A stretch of DNA of 64,000 bases from NCBI GenBank assembly GCA_002320665.1, contig DCKO01000025.1:21482-85481 (forward strand). The letters run 5' to 3'. This stretch comes from Micavibrio sp. UBA1672. Its GTDB lineage: Bacteria > Pseudomonadota > Alphaproteobacteria > Micavibrionales > Micavibrionaceae. The position numbers and the translations under genes were made by a program. Positions 58,113 through 64,000 of this stretch are shown here, in pieces; position 1 is the first letter of the stretch, and each line of letters begins with the position of its first letter. The notes beneath the pieces are model-generated. The model worked only from the letters and a program-made list of their open reading frames with translations, was not told the origin of the DNA and made no database searches.

Positions 58113-59387
58113 ATGATTGATTTTTTCTCAGCCAAAAACGGCATCTTGCATGCAGAGGACGTGCCTTTGACACATTTAGCCACCGAGTTTGGCACGCCTC
58201 TTTATGTTTATTCTCAGGCCTCGATTGAATATCAATTCAAAACGCTGTCTGATGCGCTCAAAAAACACCTGCCAGCAGATCGTCAGCCATTACTCTGTTA
58301 TGCCTGTAAAGCCAATTCCAATATCGCCATTCTTAGTTTACTTAAATCTTTGGGAAGCGGTCTCGAGATTGTTTCCGAAGGTGAATTGGCACGCGGTCTA
58401 AAAGCAGGCTTTGAAGGTCAAAAAATTATTTCCACGAGCTTTGGCAAGAGCAAGGCCGAAATATCAGCATGCCTTGATACGGATATCCTGCAATTCAATA
58501 TTGAATGCGTGGATGAACTTAACAGCATCAGCGAAACAGCCAAAGCCAAGAACAAGCAAGCCGATGTTGTGTTCCGTATTAACCCCGATGTGGCTGGTGG
58601 AGGTCATGATAAAATTAATACAGGGCGTAAAGAAGATAAATTCGGGAATAATGCCGATAAAATTCTGGAGCTATATAAACTAGCAGAAAGCCTTGATAAT
58701 ATTCAGCCTGTTGGCGTTTCCGTTCATATAGGATCACAGGTTTTTAATGTGCAATCCTTTAAGCCTGCTTTTGAAAAGCTAGCCGAGATTGTTAAACTTT
58801 TACGCTCTAACGGGCATGAAGTTCGTGTTCTTGATATAGGTGGCGGTTTTCCCATCATTTATAATGATGAGAATAACCTTGATCTAGACTCTTATGCACA
58901 GTGGGTACGGGATATTATCCTGCCGCTGGATGTGGATATCCAAATGGAGCCTGGACGCTATATGGTTGGGAATGCAGGTGTTTTACTTTCGCGTGTGGAA
59001 TACATCAAAACCACAGACGTACGGCAGTTTATGGTGCTGGATTCCGGTATGAATGATTTAATTCGCCCTGCCCTATATGAGTCGTTTCATCTGATTGAGG
59101 CTGTCGAGCACCGTGATGCGGAAATCGAGACTTATGATGTCGTCGGGCCGATTTGTGAAAGTGGTGATATTTTTGCCAAGAACCGACAGATACAAAACGT
59201 CAATGCAGGTGATCTTGTTGTCTTTCGATCCGCTGGTGCATATGGTTATACAATGGCTTCAAATTACAATAGCCGCCCTCTTCCCGCGGAAGTTCTGGTT
59301 AGCGGTAATCAGTACAAATTGATTAATAAACGCCAATCACTTGATGAGATGATGGCGCGGGAATCAATTCCCGAGTGGGTAAAATAG
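58113..59387 (+). CDS. lysA: Diaminopimelate decarboxylase
   Basis: TPLYVYS, YACKANSN (PLP Lys), HIGSQ, LDIGGGF, EPGR, GPICESGD, AGAYG. Confidence 0.95.
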   Translation: MIDFFSAKNGILHAEDVPLTHLATEFGTPLYVYSQASIEYQFKTLSDALKKHLPADRQPLLCYACKANSNIAILSLLKSLGSGLEIVSEGELARGLKAGFEGQKIISTSFGKSKAEISACLDTDILQFNIECVDELNSISETAKAKNKQADVVFRINPDVAGGGHDKINTGRKEDKFGNNADKILELYKLAESLDNIQPVGVSVHIGSQVFNVQSFKPAFEKLAEIVKLLRSNGHEVRVLDIGGGFPIIYNDENNLDLDSYAQWVRDIILPLDVDIQMEPGRYMVGNAGVLLSRVEYIKTTDVRQFMVLDSGMNDLIRPALYESFHLIEAVEHRDAEIETYDVVGPICESGDIFAKNRQIQNVNAGDLVVFRSAGAYGYTMASNYNSRPLPAEVLVSGNQYKLINKRQSLDEMMARESIPEWVK

Positions 59388-59435
59388 ATAATTAGTTGAT
59401 GCGTTTTTAAACACTTCGCTATATCCTGAAATAAT

Positions 59436-62132
59436 ATGCTTGATCCGTTAGATTACGAAAATAGACCCTATCTGGATAAGCTTGCCCGCAAACGCAGGCT
59501 GGCTTACTTATCTTTGAGTATTGAAAAGATTGGCTTGCATTTCTGGCGCCCTGTTTTCTGGTGTTTGTTCTTCTTTGGGCTATGGATGCTGGAACTTCCA
59601 GATATGCTTGGGAAGTGGGCTATTTATGCTTGCTTGCTACTTTTTGTCGGCGGCCTGTTTTATTTTATTCGCAAAGATATTTTTTCTTATCAACGCCCTG
59701 ATAAAAGCCGTATTGATGCTGCCATTGAAGCTACAAGTAATATTCTGCGCGGTGAAATCGAGGTTATTGAAGATGACTTGGCCAATCCAAAAAAACATGA
59801 AACGCGCGAGTTATGGGGGCGGTTTCAAAAATATATTCTATCGCAGTTTAAAAAACTAAGAGCACCATGGCCGCGCTCTGTGGTTATTCGTCAAGACCCT
59901 TATGGTTTAAGGTTTTTGGCGCTTCTGACGTTTATTACTGGTGTAGCTTTTGCCGGACATGATTGGCAATATCGTATAAGTAAATCCTTGCTTCCATTTG
60001 CACCTATTTTATGGAGTAAGGAAGCAGGCAAAGATATTCAGCTCTGGATTACGCCGCCGGAATATACATCCTTACCGCAAATTCATGTAGAGGGCAGCGG
60101 ACAACTGGCAGAAGCCGTACCTATACCAGAAGGCAGTGAGATTAAAATTAGGGTGCGTTCGGCCTATGGGTCTTGGTTTGCGCCTTATATGATTGAAAAT
60201 GGAAAGCATGTTGCCCTGCCTTCTCTTGGTGATCAGTATTATGGTCTTGATAAAATTATTGAAGACGGCGAAGAAATGCAGATCAAGCAATTCTACCGCA
60301 CGCTTGCCTATTGGCCATATGAGTTAAAAGTTGACCAACCTCCCACTATTCGCATTGCTGGACCGGAAAAAGACGAAGAGGTTGAAGGGGCTGAAGAGCT
60401 TGAAACGGATACTCAGGAAAATAATGAAGTCAGTGAAAGTATAGAACCTTTCGAAGTTATGCCTAATGGTCAGCTTCGTTTTGCGCTAGAGCTTTTTGAC
60501 GATTACAGCGTAACTGATCTGGAAATGTCTATGACCTTGGATGATGTCGTAGAAGAAGCACCTCTTGGAGAGCCCTATGATGATCAGCGCCTTGTGATGT
60601 CACCGCCGGAAATTGATTTTAGAATTGACCCTATTTACGATCTGACATGGCATAGCTGGGCTGGGTTACCCGTTATTATTAACTTCAAGGCAAAAGACCA
60701 TAAAGGCCAATATGCGACCCTAGCCCCGATCAAGCTTGTCCTGCCGGAGCGGGAATTTGAGCATCCCGTTGCCAAGTCTTTGATTGCATCGCGTAAAAAG
60801 CTCGCATGGAATTATAAGGATGATTTCCTCCAACTCTCCAGTGATATTGCAACCTTGCTGAGAGCGCCTGATTTCTTTGGTCATAATCCGGTTGTCTATT
60901 TGGCGATCAGAACGGCAAGCTTGCGCTTGGCCTATGCGAACAGGGAAATACAAACTCTGCGCACAGACGCGGCTAAGGCTGTGATCAAGTTGCTGTGGGA
61001 CGTTGCCATTGCTGTGGAAGATGGGAATTTGGCCCTTGCTTTGCGTGAATTGCAACAAGCCCAGAGAGATTTGGCCGAGGCCTTACGTGATCCGAACACA
61101 ACGCAAGAAGAGTTAGCCGAATTAACAGATCGCCTCCGTGAAAAGATGGCGCAATATTTCATGGAAATGCAGCGTGAGATGCAAAAGCGTCTGGCAGAAG
61201 GGCAAGATATTCCCTTGCTATCCGAAGAGCAGATGAAAAATGCCATCAGCCCTCAGAGCCTCTCACAGTTTATGGATCAGCTCCAGTCCCATTTGCAAAA
61301 TGGTGATACAAAATCTGCGCAGGAAATGCTCTCCCAGCTCCAGCGTATGATGCAGATGATGGATCCGTCTATGATGTCGGAAATGCCTGCTGATATGCAG
61401 ATGATGGAAAAAGGTATTAATGAGATTGAGGAACTTATCAAACGGCAGGAAAAGCTGCTGGAGCAAACGGAACAACAGGAAAGACTCCAGAGGTTTTTGC
61501 CCAAGCCTTCACCGGAAGGGCCTGATGCACAAGAAGAAACAGCACAAAATGAAGGTAGCTTTGATTTAGACGGGTTTCCACCGCCGCCATCACCTCAACA
61601 AAACCAAGAGAATACTGGTGATGATAATAGCTATTCATTTAGCCTTGATACAAAGCCACATAAGGTGGAGCAAGAAGCTTTGCGCTATATTTTGGGGCAA
61701 CTCATGATGAAGGCCGCGGAGAAAATTGATGAAATTCCAGAAAGCCTTGGCAAGGCCGAGCAGGAAATGCGTGGTTCATCAAAGTCTTTGGGGGAGAATG
61801 ATCCTAAGACGTCTATACCCCATCAGGAAAAGGCCATTGAATATTTAAAAGAAGGCCAACAACAACTCAGCCAGCAGCTTCAGCAACGCATGCAGCAGAT
61901 GATCGGCTTTGGTATGAGTGCTGGTTCACAGCAATATGATCCGCTCGGGCGACCCTATGGCGGCGAAGAAGATGACAATGGAAACGCGCATGGGTCAAAT
62001 GTGAAAGTGCCCGATGAAGCCGAAAGAAAGCGTATAGAGGAAATTTTGGAGCTTTTACGCAAGCGCTCCGGCGAACTTGACCGCCCTAGTGATGAGCGTG
62101 AGTATTATCGCCGCTTGCTGCGTCAGTTTTAG
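59436..62132 (+). CDS. TIGR02302/DUF4175-type alphaproteobacterial membrane protein with Gln-rich low-complexity regions
   Basis: 898 aa with 3 N-terminal TM helices, a large middle domain and a Q/E/M-rich low-complexity C-terminal third (QQLSQQLQQRMQQM). It follows lysA, as I recall for this family. Confidence 0.8.
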   Translation: MLDPLDYENRPYLDKLARKRRLAYLSLSIEKIGLHFWRPVFWCLFFFGLWMLELPDMLGKWAIYACLLLFVGGLFYFIRKDIFSYQRPDKSRIDAAIEATSNILRGEIEVIEDDLANPKKHETRELWGRFQKYILSQFKKLRAPWPRSVVIRQDPYGLRFLALLTFITGVAFAGHDWQYRISKSLLPFAPILWSKEAGKDIQLWITPPEYTSLPQIHVEGSGQLAEAVPIPEGSEIKIRVRSAYGSWFAPYMIENGKHVALPSLGDQYYGLDKIIEDGEEMQIKQFYRTLAYWPYELKVDQPPTIRIAGPEKDEEVEGAEELETDTQENNEVSESIEPFEVMPNGQLRFALELFDDYSVTDLEMSMTLDDVVEEAPLGEPYDDQRLVMSPPEIDFRIDPIYDLTWHSWAGLPVIINFKAKDHKGQYATLAPIKLVLPEREFEHPVAKSLIASRKKLAWNYKDDFLQLSSDIATLLRAPDFFGHNPVVYLAIRTASLRLAYANREIQTLRTDAAKAVIKLLWDVAIAVEDGNLALALRELQQAQRDLAEALRDPNTTQEELAELTDRLREKMAQYFMEMQREMQKRLAEGQDIPLLSEEQMKNAISPQSLSQFMDQLQSHLQNGDTKSAQEMLSQLQRMMQMMDPSMMSEMPADMQMMEKGINEIEELIKRQEKLLEQTEQQERLQRFLPKPSPEGPDAQEETAQNEGSFDLDGFPPPPSPQQNQENTGDDNSYSFSLDTKPHKVEQEALRYILGQLMMKAAEKIDEIPESLGKAEQEMRGSSKSLGENDPKTSIPHQEKAIEYLKEGQQQLSQQLQQRMQQMIGFGMSAGSQQYDPLGRPYGGEEDDNGNAHGSNVKVPDEAERKRIEEILELLRKRSGELDRPSDEREYYRRLLRQF

Positions 62133-63177
62133 CATGGCTGCCATCATGATGCTCTGCTTTATCTGCGTGTGATGCCTCTTTATGGGTATCTTCTGTTTTA
62201 TGAGCACTCTTTTCTTCGTGATGGTCTTGCTCTTCATGCATCATATTTTCCGGCTGTTTTAAGACAAAGCGGAAATGGATGTCATGGTGTTTTTTGAAAT
62301 TCTCATTGGCTTCCTTATGAAGTTTATATTCCGAGGTAAAAATCAGCTCTTCTTCACCTTCAGCGCTATGTTTGGGTGGCTCTATGTACCATGCCTCTGT
62401 GACGTGGTTATCTTTGTCACGAATAGAGGCCTCAATGAGTGGAATTTCTCTGACCTCACGGCCTAGATTGACAATTTTACCCTCAATATGAAGTTCATTA
62501 GCCGTCAGCGTTGACGTTACCTTATCAAAAACCAGATCTTCACCAGGCACCTCCATACCCATGCCGAGCAAACTGTAGAAGGCATGCATAGAGGTGTATT
62601 TTTTCATCATCGTGTCATTGAATAACAATAAAACTATAAATGAAATTACAAAAATGAATACGGCTACCCCGATCGAGACCAGCTTTTTATTTGCCATCTT
62701 GTTTTGAAGGATTTCCCTTTTACCCTCATCATTTTTTTCAGTGGCAAGTTCTGTTGTGCCATCTTCTGCTTGATCGCTATCTTCAGAACTTTCTTGTTGT
62801 TTTTCTTCTTCCCGAGATTCTTCTGCCCCCTCTTCTTCTGAATCATTATCGTGAGCATCTTCCGGTAACGTCTCTTCCTCCTGTCCTACTTTTTCCTCTG
62901 TAGAATTATCTTCAGGCTCTTGTTCCAGTTTTTCGGGCGCATCATTTTCAATTTCAGTTGTATCGTCCTTAACAACAAACTCTGTTGCATCGTCATGCGT
63001 GTCAGTTTCCTCTTGGGTGGACACGTCTTCAATAGCCTCATCTTCGGCCTTATCATCAATAGGGTCTTGATGCCAAACCTCAAGGCATTCCGTACACCGG
63101 ACTTTTACACCAGTTTTTCCTAAACCCTCTTTAGGGAAATTAAAACGGGTGCTACAGTTTGGACAAGTAAGAATCAT
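62086..63177 (-). CDS. MJ0042-type zinc-ribbon protein with TM, DUF3426-like domain and His-rich tail
   Basis: MILTCPNCSTRFNFP...VRCTECLEVWH zinc ribbon, a ~120-aa acidic linker, one TM, a beta-rich domain, and a C-terminal HHEEKSAHKTEDTHKEASHADKAEHHDGSHAK...HAHH tail. Confidence 0.7.
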   Translation of the reverse strand: MILTCPNCSTRFNFPKEGLGKTGVKVRCTECLEVWHQDPIDDKAEDEAIEDVSTQEETDTHDDATEFVVKDDTTEIENDAPEKLEQEPEDNSTEEKVGQEEETLPEDAHDNDSEEEGAEESREEEKQQESSEDSDQAEDGTTELATEKNDEGKREILQNKMANKKLVSIGVAVFIFVISFIVLLLFNDTMMKKYTSMHAFYSLLGMGMEVPGEDLVFDKVTSTLTANELHIEGKIVNLGREVREIPLIEASIRDKDNHVTEAWYIEPPKHSAEGEEELIFTSEYKLHKEANENFKKHHDIHFRFVLKQPENMMHEEQDHHEEKSAHKTEDTHKEASHADKAEHHDGSHAKTDAASGDNTHAHH

Positions 63178-63222
63178 TTTCTTTACGTTTTAAAAAAATT
63201 TTATAAAGGGATAAGCAGCATA

Positions 63223-63996
63223 ATGAAGTCTACAGCCTACCATAAAATCCTGATCTGGTTACCTTGTTTTTTTGTTTTTAGCATCCTCATCCACCCTGCC
63301 TATGCACAGGAAACACAAAATGAAGTCGTTAAATGTGAAGCCAGTGATTATGCCTGCGTGATAAAAACTTTAACAGAAACAGCGCAAAAGATAGATAACA
63401 CAGCTTGGCGTGATCAGGTTTACCGTGAAATTGTAAAAACTATGGCTGCCAAAGGGGATTTTGAATCCGCTTATGCACTGCTTGATTCCATAGAAACACC
63501 GGATACCAGAGCCTTATCTATACGCGGTATCGGGATGGCTGTTGCCGATCATAAATATGAGCCTGCTATTTATAATCAGATTTTTACAACACTTAGAGCG
63601 CATGCCGAAAAGATCGAGCACCCGCCCTCTTATGCTATTGCCTTGACCTATATTGCTATGTCACAGGCATTTGCGGGTGACAATGAAGGTTCTTGGGCAA
63701 CGGCAAAAACCATCGAAAACCAAGCCTTGCGCAACAAGGCCTATGGTGAGACTGCCGAGATACAGGCCGAGTACGGTGATTATAAAAATGCCAGACAAAG
63801 CATTGAATATATTGATACAGTATCTTTTCGAAATAAGGCCTATCACACAATTTCGAAGATTCTCAGCGATGCACAAAAATATGATGATGCTTATGATGCT
63901 GCTATGTCGATTGATAATCCCTATAAAAGAGCATTAGCAATCCAGTATATGCTGGACGGGCAAAACATAGAGCCTAATATGGAGGTCGCCCCTTAA
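63223..63996 (+). CDS. Hypothetical secreted helical-repeat protein
   Basis: Signal peptide (ILIWLPCFFVFSILIHPAYAQE), followed by ~35-aa helical repeats each ending in an R-x-x-A/R-N-K-A-Y-like motif (TRALSIRGIG, ALRNKAYGE, SFRNKAYHT, YKRALAIQ). Confidence 0.5.
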   Translation: MKSTAYHKILIWLPCFFVFSILIHPAYAQETQNEVVKCEASDYACVIKTLTETAQKIDNTAWRDQVYREIVKTMAAKGDFESAYALLDSIETPDTRALSIRGIGMAVADHKYEPAIYNQIFTTLRAHAEKIEHPPSYAIALTYIAMSQAFAGDNEGSWATAKTIENQALRNKAYGETAEIQAEYGDYKNARQSIEYIDTVSFRNKAYHTISKILSDAQKYDDAYDAAMSIDNPYKRALAIQYMLDGQNIEPNMEVAP

Positions 63997-64000
63997 TATC

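Overview
This 64-kb chromosomal window looks like a moderately AT-rich alphaproteobacterium. The evidence is gene content and synteny: a TIGR02302/DUF4175-type low-complexity membrane protein after lysA, DUF4167, a divergent lysC/ubiG pair, a HIG1-like twin-TM protein with etfBA, prfA-prmC, and rpmH-rnpA-yidC-engB. The housekeeping backbone is rimM(partial)-HAD-trmD-rplS, SCO1, a TPP riboswitch with thiC, rmuC, leuC/leuD/leuB, NfeD/SPFH, type II glutamine synthetase, clpB, prfA/prmC, a rodZ-like gene, lysC, ubiG, etfBA and lysA. The main feature is a ~19-kb block at 21.1-40.1 kb, entirely on the minus strand, that encodes a type IV pilus (T4P) machine of mosaic composition. It contains a PilB/MshE-like ATPase with tandem MshEN-type motifs, PilC, three non-canonical inner-membrane assembly proteins, an ABC ATPase, a TPR protein, PilD, PilT, PilU, a PTS Enzyme-I-like gene broken by a single in-frame TAA, an MshL-type lipoprotein secretin, an ABC-2 permease, a polytopic-membrane AraC regulator and one large monocistronic pilin. 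Other points worth a second look: a TPP riboswitch whose first controlled gene is a CHMI-family tautomerase rather than thiC; leuC and leuD split by a three-gene insertion that includes a degenerate HD-GYP protein; tandem paralogous alpha/beta hydrolases apparently in an operon with rmuC; and several AT-rich orphan genes, including a duplicated pentapeptide-repeat protein. I saw no rRNA, tRNA, CRISPR array, transposase or integrase. All functional calls come from motif recognition by eye, with no database search.
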